From Lepidodermella squamata (lineage: Eukaryota > Animalia > Gastrotricha): a DNA stretch of 64,000 bases. Under the pieces are notes generated by a model that saw nothing but the letters and a program-made list of their open reading frames with translations, was not told the origin of the DNA and did no database searches. This document shows, piece by piece, positions 22,746-36,600 of the stretch. Location: positions 868,001 through 932,000 of the forward strand of contig JBLDXI010000024.1 of assembly GCA_047495785.1 (NCBI GenBank), given 5' to 3'. Position numbers and translations under genes: made by a program. Each line of letters starts with the position of its first letter. Position 1 is the stretch's first letter.

Positions 22746-23334
22746 AAACGGAAATAACACATTCAAACCTGCCTTGAACAGACATTGACCTCTTCGTCAA
22801 AAGCTGCTTTTACTCTTTAGCTTGGGATTTTATCTTAGAGAATAAAAATCATTTTTGTTTTAGGAAATTCGCATAGCCTTTAAAGACCGAAATCAATTGT
22901 ACGAGTCCATAGAAATCTTTTTAATTTAGGAAAAATTAAAAATTGAATAAATAAAATAGTTTGGCCTACAAGAAAGGTGTCTTCAACTTTTCGTTTTCAC
23001 CTTTGTACCATTTTCGGCCATTGCATGGGTTCCCCGAATCCTGAAATAAGACAACTTTTTTGGCATATAATTAGTTATCGTTGAGAATTCCCTCATTTCA
23101 GGACACATCTCCTTTACTTTTTCGACCTCAAATACCCTTCGCGATAAAAAGTCGATTTGCCTAAGACAAAGTTTTATTGAAAACTATGATCACACCTATC
23201 ACAAGTATACGTGCCTATCTCTAGACATCTCATCATATAGCACAGGAAGATTCGCAAATTGCATACACTCAGCACATGAACTAAAAATAACAGTGATCAT
23301 AAGTTTGATTGATTGTCACTTGAGTTCGTGAAAT

Positions 23335-23976
23335 TCAGACGCGATTGACAGTGATAGGAGTCGGCGCCGCGATGGCTTGCTGCTGCGGCGGGGCTTCGAC
23401 CTTGGGTGGCGGCAGCTTCGGCAGCGGAGCCTCCAGGTGCAGCTGGCCGTCATGGCTCATGGTCGATTGCAGCTCCAACTTGGCCGGGTCGATGCTGGCA
23501 TCATCGGGCAGGTAGAAGTGGCGCAGGTAGTGGCGCTGGATGGATGCACGGTTCTGCTCGTCCTTCGTCTCGTGACGCGCCTCCACCTTAATGCAGCGCT
23601 GCTTCGTGTCCAGCGTGACGTTGACCTCTTCCGGCTTGAAGTTGCGTAGGTCGAACGTGCATTTCAGACGGCGGTTGCCCTCCGCGTCCGTCTCGATCGG
23701 GTTCAGAAGGCAGCGGTGTTCGAGCAGGCTGCCTGGGCGGGTCGCCATGTTGTTGAGAGCACTCGCAAGTTGGCGCTGCGACGCACGGAAGTTGCGGTCC
23801 ATGTTGCGGCGCAGGCGGTTCATCTCCTGGCCAAGCGCTTCGAACGATCGGTCGTAGTCGATGAAGTTGGACAGGGCCAGGTCGGCGATGTCATCGTTGC
23901 CGAGTACCAGCGACGGCCAATCGAAGACCGAAGCAGTAGTAGTCGGGCGGGAGTAATTCGTAATCCAGAAGCTCAT
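23335..23976 (-). CDS. Small heat shock protein (HSP20/alpha-crystallin family)
   Basis: Alpha-crystallin motifs FDLRNFKPEEVNV, VEARHE, RHFYLP, STMSHDGQLHLEAP and a C-terminal I-T-V motif. Intronless. Confidence 0.95.
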   Translation of the reverse strand: MSFWITNYSRPTTTASVFDWPSLVLGNDDIADLALSNFIDYDRSFEALGQEMNRLRRNMDRNFRASQRQLASALNNMATRPGSLLEHRCLLNPIETDAEGNRRLKCTFDLRNFKPEEVNVTLDTKQRCIKVEARHETKDEQNRASIQRHYLRHFYLPDDASIDPAKLELQSTMSHDGQLHLEAPLPKLPPPKVEAPPQQQAIAAPTPITVNRV

Positions 23977-24125
23977 CTTTTCGCTTTATAGTGGGTTCAA
24001 TAGAGGAGTAGTATAGCGCAGAAAAATCGCTGAGAAGTAGAGAGAAAATCGCTTTGTGAAATCGCTTGTCTTGCTTTAGAAGTATACATCATGCAGTAGG
24101 AGGTAAGCGCAATAAATAGCTGCGA

Positions 24126-24204
24126 AGAAAATTCGAGAAAATGAAATTCCTGGAAAATTCGAGAACATACATTAAAAATAACGCATCATGGAAAATTCCA
24201 GAAA
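24126..24204. promoter_or_regulatory. Three heat shock elements upstream of the sHSP gene
   Basis: Perfect nGAAnnTTCnnGAAn at 24126-24140, 24152-24166 and 24190-24204. TATA-like TATTTATT on the minus strand at about 24111-24118. Confidence 0.88.
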
Positions 24205-24682
24205 CTGACGCGTTACGTATGACGTCTATTATCATTGGCATATACAGCCATATTGCAGGGTTCATGGGATGATTTTACATGTGATTCACGTGTAACTGGG
24301 GTGTTTGCGCTCGGGAAATGCGTGTCAAGGAGACGGGGGGTCTATATGTGTACTCGCAACATAAGAAAACACCCTTTTTTATTTGACTACTTTTTCATTG
24401 CGCACTTCTTGAGGCTTACTCATTCACGCGTGATGACTCATCGTGGCTGAAAAAATATGCTCCGTCTTCGAGGCTTTATATTAGGTTATAGTGCAGATTT
24501 TTCTTATCTGCTACAAATAATCTTCCTTAAAACGATAAATTGAATGAAAATTCTCAAATAATCCGATATTTTATTTGCTTTACAAGGAATAAAATGAAAC
24601 ACGATGCAGACATGCAGCGAAGAATGAAATGAAATGAGAAGGCATAAAACCGGAGAAAAAAGTCAAAATGAAAGCCACTGTT

Positions 24683-27600
24683 TCAAGATCGGTGAAGTTC
24701 TAGCAGAGATCCGACAATTTCCTGCAGAGATTTCAGGTCAAATTCATTCGAGATTTCGGCGAAAATTTTCAGCAAATCCAACACCATTTTCGGCGTTGTA
24801 GTCGCAGCGAACGTCCCAGAACACGGGCAACGGCGGGATAGGTTACTTTCAGCCACCAAATGGCAGCGAACGCATTCAATGTCCTGAACAGAAAACGCGA
24901 GTAAACGGCGCCGTAAGGTGGCCACAAGAATTTCTTCGATAATCCCCCGGTCGTAGTCTGCCTCGCAGCGGACGCAGAACCAGCCGATGCCAGGCCGGAC
25001 GGATGGGTCGCGTAAAATGTCCAAATCGCGGATGTAATTGCAATTCAGGCAAATAATTTCAGGCAGTACGAACGATGTGATTAGGTCGTCGGCGGCTGTT
25101 GTCGAGGTTGAGCTGCCGGTTTTGCGCGGGAAACCCGGCAGCGGTTTGATGGCGTCGGCTGAGAACGAACTTAGGCCGAGAATTCGCAGCAAGTCGTCGC
25201 GCAGATTTTCAACCTCGCGCGACACGGTCGAGTCGAGTTCGATGACGCTGAGCACGGCCTTGACGAAATCGAGAGCAACTGACGAGGCGCCGGCTTTGCG
25301 CTGCAGACGCGATATCATGCCAAACATTTCTTGGCCCAAGTCGCCTGAAATAAATAAAAATTGAGCATTAAGCAATTAAAAATTATATCTATTGAATTCA
25401 ATATTAATAGTTAATGGCGACATTTCCGCAGACGACAGTTCCACTATTATTGAACCATTTAATTCGAAAATTATTTCGGTTCCAATAAAATAATTAAAAC
25501 AATTGCGCAACGACGCTTGTACGCATTGGATTCGCATCTTAATCGAAAGTTTCTGTTGTTTGATTCCGGACCAGCCGATCCCGATCGAATCATTGTGTTC
25601 GCTACTGACGAGAATCTCGATCGTCTTGGTCATAACTGGGCTCTAAATCGTCTTCAACGCGTGATACGCGGTTTTCTCTTTCCAGGCTGGCATCTCCATT
25701 ATAATTGTGACAGTAATTTTCTTCAATTCAATTCAATAATTCTTCAATCCTTGGGAGCTGTGTAATCTACTGTGAGATATGAGATATGAGGTCATTTTCC
25801 GATTTTTCGAATTTTGATTGAAGTTGCGTATTTTTGTACTTTGAATACTTTCAATCGTAGATCAAAATAATGAAGATGTGACATGTTTTGCATAGCATCT
25901 CAATTTTTCAAAAAATCATGTGCCAGCCGATCGACACAACACGCGAATCAATATTTTTCGCTAAATCAGTGATTTTCTATCTGCCTGCAGTGATTTTTTG
26001 TGTTGGTTGTTGGAATGCTTAGCACTGTTTCCGAACGCGTAAATTTGAAAGAATAATTTTTAACTTTCCGATAATATTCTGAGCGAGAAAGCCGCGTATC
26101 ACGAAATGGCACATTCAAGGTCACGTCGCGTCCCTTCTAACTGCTCTACACGGTGCTACCCACCGTGTCAAAAAATTCCTCGACAATTGTATCCGGTTAC
26201 AAAATTAATGCCGGTCTTAGCAAACGACACGGGCGGTGTTTGGTCTCGTCAACGTGCGCCTGGGCTGAATCAACGTAAATTAGCACGGAGCCCGACATTA
26301 GCTTAGAAACTTGGGAATACGCTAACCGGTGGTGGAAAGATCCCGAAGTAAGAACTTTCCTAATTCTTCGCAAACCGCCTCAACGTCCAAGTTGACTTCA
26401 TGGAACTCTTTGATGTGTTCAATACTTTTCTCGATGAATTTATGCTGCCAAGGAGTACTGCCAAAGACAGGCCAAAGGTGACACAAGGCTTCAAGATACT
26501 GAAGACGACGATACAGGCGATGTTCCCAGCACATGAGTCGTGAAGCCGCCCGCAACCTTCCGGTCATGTCTATTTCTAATTATCTAATCGGATCTAATTA
26601 TCAGTATTGTTTTCGTACCGAAACGGGCTAAGCTGCTGCTACGTGATCTACGTTGCTTTTGCTGCTGCGGTTTGAAGAACAGCATTTGTCATCATTCCGT
26701 CGAGTTGGCCATTCGATTAAATGTGGATAACTAGGCTGAAAAAGCCGTGGCCACCTGCCCGTTGGTCCCAAGCGTCAAGCTGGGGAGTCTCAAAAAGCCG
26801 ACTCTGCCCTCCTCGACAATAGCCTATGTTGCTTATTCGACCCCGGCAATATACATCCTTGTTAGCTGAAATCGACCTTACTTTCATTATCTATATTTCA
26901 GGGCCTAATCAGTAATTAATAAAACGGTTCAATTTTGGGGTTTTTGTTAATTACCGCCCCGCCACACTGGTGCATCGGCCGTCACAGTAAGCGAGGGTGG
27001 AAACCTCTTGCGAAAACACGGATTCGTCAGTGAACCTGAACAATAGCCTCAACAGCTGTGAATATGCCTCTGATCATAACGTTGTTCTATTTTTGTGAAA
27101 TTTATTGATTAAAATAGAGGCGGTCTTCGATAGGGACATTAAATAGAAACAATTCAACCGTTTAATGGTAACAAATCGCTCAAAAATGAAACTGTATCCC
27201 CACATTTATCCCCAATAGTGACAAAAACATTTCGGGCCCTAAAATATTGACTCGTCTTACCTTTGATCAAATTTCGGCAGAAATCAACTAGGCCAGGAGA
27301 TATCAGCAGCTCAGTTACGCCATCGCCTTCATCAATCATCGCAGCTGTTGCTCGTCGATTGGCAATCGGCGTCTCGAGCAATCGCCGTCGTTCGTCCATG
27401 ATGCATTTGTAGAGCGAAGTGACATAACCGGCTACGATCAGCCGGAAATTCGCCTGACAACCCAGTTGTTCAGACAAATTTTTCGCGAAATTCCAATTCA
27501 TGACAACATTCGGCTCCTTCTGGCTTGCATTAGCCGGCGTGCACATGACCAAATCCTGATCTTCGTCGTCATTTCGCGCGTCCTCCTCAATTTCCACATC

Positions 27601-30600
27601 TTCGCGAATTCCGGCGAAGTTAACTGGGTCGAGCCAGAATAACACGCGGTAAACGCCACTTTGGCGGATGTTCAAACACGAAAACATTTGATGCTCGCGT
27701 AAATTGCTGAGGATGTAGTCCAGAATGCACTGAGCGTCATCAATGCTCCATTTTTTGGTGTTCAAAACAATACGGCTGGCATTAGCGTAGATAATTCGAG
27801 TGCCGAGGCGGTGGAATTCAGCGAGAAGGCGGCCGAATAGCTTGGTCATGAGCGTGTGAACGGCGTGGACGAGAGCCGGGTCGTGGAAAAGCGACGCCGG
27901 GCTGCGCAGCCATCGGTAGAAATGCACGATTTGAAGATCGGCGAAGATGTTCTGATATTGAGTCACGTCCATAACCCAAGCTTGAACCATATTTTTCAGC
28001 AACCTAAATATTAATTAAATACAATTAAAAATTAAGAATTTGGATTAAATTATAATAAAATCATGTGAATTATTATATGTCCGCTAAAATATGAATTCCA
28101 GCATTAAATTCTTCATTTTCATCGCGATTCGACGTACTACTTTTAAATATATTCCGATGCCCTCTTAACGCTGGGATTTTCTACAGTGTGAATCCTAAAG
28201 GTCCCGCAACCCATAAAAATCGATTTATTATCGAAGATAAACAACTCAAAAAATACGAAAATTACAACAAACTCTCCTAATCACAAAAACATTTCCGAAC
28301 ATAACAAATTATCAAGTAATATAGCTAAGAGGGCGAATTATACCAAAGAGCAGCGACGGGATATCGTAATTATCAACGATAAAATTAGTGTAGCTATTAG
28401 CTACCTAGTACCATCTGCTAGGTAGAAATGGGTTCAATCTTGGATTCCAAGACTGCAATTTCAAAAATCACTGATTTGTGCCAAAATCATTGAACCTGGA
28501 GATATCTTCCCTTCCCGAGACTACCTCGTCGATAACTGGCTGCCCCGATTTCGCGATCAAACGCTATTCATCACTTAAAATTGATAACAAATCGCGAGCT
28601 ATATCACTATATCGGGCAGGTGCGGAAGCGTTGGCGGAATTAACCATTCAGGGGGTTTTCACGGAACAAGTTGTCGTTGATCATGCGCGATCTGGCAGAT
28701 CTTATCTTAGCGGCAGGAGAACTAAGGTGGATCTTAAGCTGGATCCAATAAAAATTGAGAAAATCCTCGGTATGTATATTACGCATGCTATTATTTTTTA
28801 TCAATTAGACTTTTCCGAAAAAATAAATAACAAATAATTCTCAAATTCTCGCAAATATTTAGTGAAGTCCCATATTCTCACTATAAAAAATTCTAATCAA
28901 TGTCGAATTGCCTTTCAGAATTCCTCATGAAGCATTTTCCTGCGTCGACAGCCGCATGGCCGTCGGCGAGGCGTTCAGAACAATCCATCAATCGTATAAC
29001 GCCGCAGCCAAAGCAAATGCTGCAGCATCTTCGAGCGCTGCGGGGCTGGGCAAATCCGCCAAGAAGACTGGCGAGCCGGGTGAATCTGGCGAGCCGGAAG
29101 AAGCTGCCGGGACGGCAAAGCCGGGCGAAGCCGCCAAAAAACTGGGCCTAGTCAGTACGACAGCGACGAAAGCAGTTCGACGTCCAGTTCCTCGACGTCC
29201 AGCTCGAGCTCCGAAAGCGAAAGCGCCTTCAAAGCGCCAATTAAGGCGAAAATCGGCAAAAAATAACGAAGTTTTCGAATTGCTTGACTGGCCACTGATT
29301 TCGTGATAACTGCTGCTTTACCTTAACTTTCTAACTGCTAGCTGCTATTCATTACTAAATATCTAAATAATTACCTTGATTAGCATAATTACCTTATGCT
29401 ACGGTTAAATAAATAGAAGGCAACGCAAACCGACTTCTGACTTCAAACTGGTGTTGGAAAAATCAAACTGAGTTTTTTAGGATCTAAAATCCGAATTCGG
29501 CTAATCGTAGAGTGCAAACCCCAAGTAAGCTCTAAAACCCTAATAGACTCTAAAAGTGACTTATCGTACCATGCTTCGTTAACGCTGATGAAAAGTCGAA
29601 GGCGATTTCTGCGGCGGCTCAATCCGGCGACTCAATTCGGACCACTTTCGGGAAAAACGCGAAAATTCTTGATATCGCGGACATGAATCCGGCTATGCAG
29701 CTAGCCAGTGAAAAGTCACCAAACCCTGGCTTAATTTTGCTTGACTTACCGCGACACATCACTCGCGACACATCACTCGCGGCCACGTTCCAAGCGGCTT
29801 CGAAATAAATATGGTGGAGTTGCCATATTTCGCCGATATCAGCGACGGTAAATGTGAAGCCGTTAGCTTTGCGAACAGTAACAAGAAGCAAAAGAAGCCA
29901 GTCAAAGCCAAAGCTCAAAAATTGCCACCTCGAATGCGACATTTTAGTAAGTCCTATGAAGCTGGGATTATCGATTCTTCGAAATTTGCCGCGCCATTGC
30001 ACGACCCTCTAACTGCGTACGCAATTATCGAAAGTTTGCGAAGTGACAAAACAAAGCTCGATGCCTTCTGGTTTCAACGTGTGGTAGAGTGTTACTTCAG
30101 TGGCATGTGGGACGTGTGCACATTTTCGTTCCTAAGGCATCAATACGGCGATGCCTTCGTGGCAGGTGTTACAGCCGCGAGGTATAAGCTATTGAGATAT
30201 GCAGCGGAACACTTATGCCATCGTGCCGGTTTTCCGGTGAATCGCCGTCGAGGCTCTTGGTATTGTTATCTGCATATTGCCATGCATTCGGCAATAATTT
30301 CGAGTCTATTTTAGGGAGTGACACTGCTGACTCGAGAAATTAGAACCCCTAAACTCTAAAAAATGTTCGTCCGAGCAGCCTGTAATGTATAAAACGACTC
30401 CAGAAATAGCTCCTAACATGTAATAGGGTCTGTATCGAATTACGAGCCCAACCATGGACTTCACTACAACTCGAGTTATTTAGGTGACAGGTACGTGACT
30501 ATGGTTTATGGCTATGTTCGAGTAGCATAGGGCTATAAAGCACCCAATAGAATAGGTGTCTTAATCGGTGTAAGAGCACACACAATTCTGCGCCCGAATA

Positions 30601-33600
30601 GCCACATTCATTAATTAGTCAAATATAATTAAAATATTTTACGTAAAATGAATCACAGTTTAATTCGAAAAATTAGCAAATAAATACCTGAATGTGACCA
30701 GAAGGGCAGTGTCTTCATTGTACATGGCATTGTCCGTCGTAGCCAGGGTAGATTGCGGCTGATTCGCGCCAGTCGCCAGTTGATTTTGCTGGTGCTGTGT
30801 CTGCTGTTTCTGCGTCGCGCGGTCTATCATTTCATCGACCGCCGTCTTAGCTCCGCCCATCGGCAACACACCGCTGTTAAACATAGCGCCGGCCTTGTTT
30901 TTCGCACCAGTCGTCAACGAACCGCCCATATGTGCAACTACGCCCTCAGACTGGCGAATCACACCGGATTGAAGCACAGCCCCAATTGCCAGGCAGGCCA
31001 GGTCGAGATCGAAGGAAACAGTCATGTAACAACCCGGGTTGTTAACCTCCGCACGGCGGGAGGCGCTCGACCCACCCTCGCCCTCATCATCCGACCGAAG
31101 CAGGTAAAACCTCGCATCATCCTCCTCCTTCCCACCTAAATCAGGGCGAGGGGAACGAGAGGCGAACCAAACGTGATTAGCCCGCAGCAAATGTCGAGCG
31201 AAAAACAGATCAGAGGCGAAAAGCGACGAATCAGCTGGAAGATTTCCAAGTGGGATATGCAGGTAACGGCATTGCTCCAACGCCGAGCTAAGCAATCCAT
31301 TCGCAGCTAGGAAGTGGCCAATCATCCGCCTCGAGCCCTGCCTTTGCCAGTCAAGAACTGCGTAGGAATCACCCGGATCGCTTGCGTGAATTCGAACCAT
31401 TGGGAATGAATTCAGGGTATTGATCGATGATTCAAGGGTGTGGTTTGAAAACGGCGATTGAATCATTAGAGCTGGTGCCTTTTTGAACTGAGGCTTGATC
31501 GTCGATAGGATTCGACCGATCTGTCGGTAAATCAGTTGCAAATCTGTCTCGACTTTGACTTCAAACTGATAATCAGCCTCGGGAATCGCCGCGTTTTGAC
31601 TGGCTTGATGGGCGAGTTGGCTCTGAGAGCTCGCCAATTGCCTCGACTGAGACGGCTGGCTCAGAGACTCCTGCAGAAACGCTTGCCTTTCGTTGTTGTA
31701 GAGCGTTGTCAAATTAGGCATTTGATTTGTTCGAACGGTGTCATTCACGAAAACGTACGCCTTCTTCAAATCGGGCACGAAAAGCCCGAAGAAGTGTTTG
31801 TTGTTACTCGTGTGGTGGTACAGGTAAGCGTAGGACAGCGGATTTGACTCGAGATACGGAAACTGGGCAAGTGTTTTGAATTCCAAATCGCCAATATCGA
31901 ATAGATCGGTATCGCGGTTGCTTCGCCTCGCCTCCCTTGCGTACTTCGTCGAAACCTGCGCGACGCAGCCAAGCATAGCGAGAGCGCGGAAAGACGATGG
32001 AACGCTCAATTCGTAGACTCCGAGAACGTCACGGCTGGCTAGAGCTACCTGAAGTTGAGCGGCGTGTTGTTGGTACAAATACTCAGGAACGCGATACTCG
32101 TACAAATTCATCACCGGCTGGCCGCGCGGCAAAATTTTATTCACTCGGCGCCAAGCTGCAAAAAAATGCAAAAATCCGCCTTAACAATATTTTAATTTTT
32201 TTGCGAATTTTTTATTTTTAAACATTTTTATCAAAATTCGATTTTTTCCGGTGTTGCTGAACTCATTTTAGCATCAGTCGTAGAAATTTGTGAATGAACT
32301 CGATATTGATGTTGATGTTGATAAAGGCGTGGGCGAAGATACACCGTTTAGGCCCAAGTGCGATGCAATAACACCTATAATATGATAATGTTTTCATAAA
32401 CTGGCGCATTCGATTCGTTGCTATTAAGAAAAACGCTGACAGCTATAGAAGGCAAATGAACCTAGGAGTTATTTTTAATACCAGAGTAACTCAGTTCAAG
32501 TAGCACAACTATACGCGCGCACTTCTTCCTGTTAATGTAATACACGCTGTCTTGGATCAATCGTTAGACGCTAAGTAGCTGGGCTAAAAGGCGCCGGCGT
32601 GAGCCTTGAAAAAAACCGGGCTTCCGCGCGGGCGTTTCAAACTCGCGCGTCTCATCTCCTCATCATTCAGCCGCATAAGAAAAACTGATAGCGTTACACA
32701 CGCAGTAAGAGCCGCAAGAGCCGAAAGCAGGCCAACTGTATAAACAAGGCAAGATATACGTTTTCCAGTCGGCCATTTCAGTGTAATATTTTCATTATTA
32801 TTTTCAAACAACTAAACGATTGGCACGGGCGCCGCGTTTTTCACATCATAATGAGGAGCGAGAAGCCTAATATCAAAACATGGCATCAGTAATAGTTAAT
32901 TTTAGTCCCAAAAATAACGAAACGAACGCATAGCTTCAATTATTTTGCTACTTTTTCCATCGAAATGCAACAACAAAATAATTTAACAAATCCATGGGCC
33001 ACCTTCAGCCGGTCAATATCAACACCGCTCAGCGAGCTAAATGCCAACTTTGACATGTACGACAGCGGTAATGAGTCGCTGATTTTGATGAATCAAACAG
33101 CGAATGCGTCGATGACAATGTACGAACGCATCACAAAAGGCCTTCACGACTTGATTATCGACGATGATGGGTCGTTTTTATACATACCATTCACTGGTTC
33201 CATTTATATTGGCATCGTTTTTCTCGTCCTGGCTGTCACTTATTGCCGGCATTTCTCCAATGTCGGTGATCGGCGAATTCGGTAATTTTAGAATTTTCAA
33301 TCAAATATGTTCTCAAACGTTTTTACTTCAAGCAATACTCGACTGTCAGATTAAAAATATTCTACAAATTTCGAATTTTTTGCGGCGATATTCTTACCAG
33401 CTAAGCAAAAGAGTCTTATTTTTAGCGGAACCAAATTTTGAATAATTAATTTGCCCAAACAATTTTTGGAAATTTCTGATTAATTATCAAAAATTCAAAA
33501 AAATTACCATGAAATTCAGTGATTTTTTGTATCAGACCTGATCGTCACGCCGGATGATTTTAGGTCCCGATGTGAATTTTAATACCATTAATTAGGCGTA

Positions 33601-36600
33601 AGTTTCCAATTTTTGGCATAATGCAAAAATTGGGGAGAATTCCTGACCACCTGCTTGAAGTTTTAGGGCAAATTCTGAGCGAAACCGTTAAAATTCTTTA
33701 ATTTCGGATTAATTAATTCGAATACTTATTGAATCGAACTGGAAGGTGATTCCTAATTTAGATTAATGGACTTCAACATTGTATTTCAGATGGATACGCC
33801 ATTCATCGAATTCGACGTGTTTGACCGGACCCGGTACCATGACAGTGATATGCAACAACTGGGTGTATTTATGCCGACAACACGGCCATTTTGGAGTTTC
33901 CGGCAAATCAGCCGCGCTCAGTCACCACATCAAAAAAATCAAGGTGACCGCGAAAAAGAGACAACGCGGCGTGGATATGTCGGTCGAAGACGTTACTATC
34001 GAACACTCAAATGCCAGTGGGTTATCGAATTGCGCCTCAGACACAGAGCAGGGCCAAGGTAACGAGCCGGACACAGCGCCGTCGACTGCTCAAATGAAAC
34101 GAACAGGCTCGAGATGCTTCCCATGGACATCGTACCAAACACCCACTGGCGTAGTTAGCTACCGAGAATTAGGCGACCCAGCAGCAGGCGGTTCGCAACA
34201 GCAAAGACCAGAAACCCCGGGGTATTACTGCGTTTCGGGGCGACACACGCCGGCTGATGAACAGCTGGAATTCTGGGACTATACGCCCGAAATCGAGCGA
34301 AAAGCTTTAAATCCAGAATTGAGACATGCAGCGAGTGGTGGACCGGGAGGAAGTGCTGGTAGCGGCGCGACAAGAATGACGAATGTGTCATTCGCGGCTA
34401 ATGTAACCACAAACCCGCCGTCGACCCCGGGCAGTCCGAATAGCGGTCTGATGCCTAGGCCCAGTTTGACCACGCCGAATTTATCAGCTCTCTCCCGGGC
34501 AAACACTACTGTAGTGCATCACCAACATCACCACAGAAAAAAGCAACACCATCACCGGCGGCCTACTTCGTTCAAGCGGCCACCAGTTGATGATGACGAC
34601 GATCTTGAGGTGGATCCTCGGTGGAACGAGGTTATGGCGGCTATGATGGCGAAACAATCGAGTGGAAATAAGCCGTCTTCGGAGAACTTACAGGGGCAAC
34701 TTGATCCACCCCGAGAAAGAACCGGCTCGACTGGATCAAAAACCGAAGCGATGGAAATGCAAAGACTTCGATCTTACAGCCCAGGTGAGAATAATTGAAT
34801 AACACCAAAGAGACCGTTTTAAATCCTTGAAAATTATGAATTTAAGAGTACCAATTTACGGAAATGAACTCAACAAGGAATTTATCAAATTATTCAATAA
34901 ATCCAACTTTAAATTTTAAATGGAAAAATTAAAATGCAATCCCACTTTAAAAATGTGATTTCTTTCAAATTCTAAGAAAATTTTACAAAAACCGATTGGG
35001 TGGGCAATAAAATCCAAGGGTCGAAAGTCAAAACAGGGTCCTATAGTTACCCAAAAGGCTTATAAGCTTATTCAATCCAAAACAGATTTTAAAATAAGTA
35101 GAACAATTCAAGTTTCAAGTTTGGAATGAAACATTTGAAATTAATTAAAATTTAGGGTCCCTCAATTTTCTTTCCTCCAAATGAATGCTATAAATGGAAT
35201 CTTCGAAATATGATTTCTTTCTAAGATATCTCGCTGATTGCATGGAATTATGATAATTTCAAATTTCTCATTTTCAGCAACACAACGTAAACGCGAGTTG
35301 GCGCTCCAGTCTGGAACACCCTCCCGGCCTGCGGTGCGACCACAAGGCGGCGGCGGGGGCGACGATGAGCCGTCTATTCGACGGGCCGGCGGCGGACCTG
35401 GCGGTATTCTAGCTATTAGCAAAATCGGTCGCGAGATACGAGAAAAACAATCTCGCTACAACTGATACCAAACAAGCCACTATCGTCTTCAGATCTCTAC
35501 GCTATTTCAATTAAAAAAAGCATGCTGATGGACACTAGTCTTTGCCATACATTTTTCTAGATATTTTTCAGAATTTCGATAAATAAAATTGAAAAACTTA
35601 CTCGGGCCAGTGTCTTGTGGACGAGGAGTAGCTTGATGCACGTAGAAAATCCTAGGCACATTGACTTTGAGCTGGTACAGATTCGACCCAATAACAGCCC
35701 AGACCCGGTAGAGGCCAGCGTCTCCAGTCGGAGCCATCTCCACGATCTGCCACGGTAGGTCCAAGATATCGCGAGAATGCGGTCGCAGGAACCCGATAAT
35801 ACCCGAATTTGCATTCGACGCTCGAATACTGGACGGGGCAGGCTCGGAATCTTGGCCACCCCGCTTCTGCGCCGTTTTCTTCAACGCCTTCATATGGCTG
35901 ATCTGATATCGCCATTTTTGCTTGTGAAACGCGAGCCATTCTTTGAAATTATCGCCCGATGGCGGTTCGCCCAAAACGTCTCGCCAGGTCTTCGAAATAT
36001 CGACAACCTCGTCACGGCGACCTTTGCCTTTTTTGTTGCCGGCTTTGCCGAGAACAGTCGCCTTAGCTTTCGCGACGATCGCCGTAACAACCGCTTGTTT
36101 CTGCCGGTTTTCTTTGTTGCCAATCACGTCTTCAATGTCGGTTATCACGCAGTCTTTATCTGATGTGTTCTTCTCCTTCTCGTCGGGCAAGGCGCGTTTC
36201 CGCGCTTGACCGCTGATTGAAACTCGATCGAACATATCGGTGATGCGATGCTGGCGGACAGTGCCCGATTTTTCGAGTAAAATCTTGTGAAGCCATGGCG
36301 GGTGAGCAACTCTGGGAACTGGGTTCACAAGGCCCTAAAAAGTCAAATGTACAGTGAATGGATACGAATGGATATTCGATTCGAATAAAAAACACAGGAT
36401 TTAATTTCCATTCGGATTTTTAGCTCGGTTCGCCCCGGTTACATAGCATTAACGATCCTGCTGTAAGAAAAGAACATGCCCTTTTACACTTCGTCCCCTA
36501 TGATAAGTCCTTCCTGGCCATCCTGGTTTTTTGTATTCGTATTTTATTAATCATTGAGGTTGGGATTTTTGATGCGTCTGTCCGAGCCATGATCAATGAG

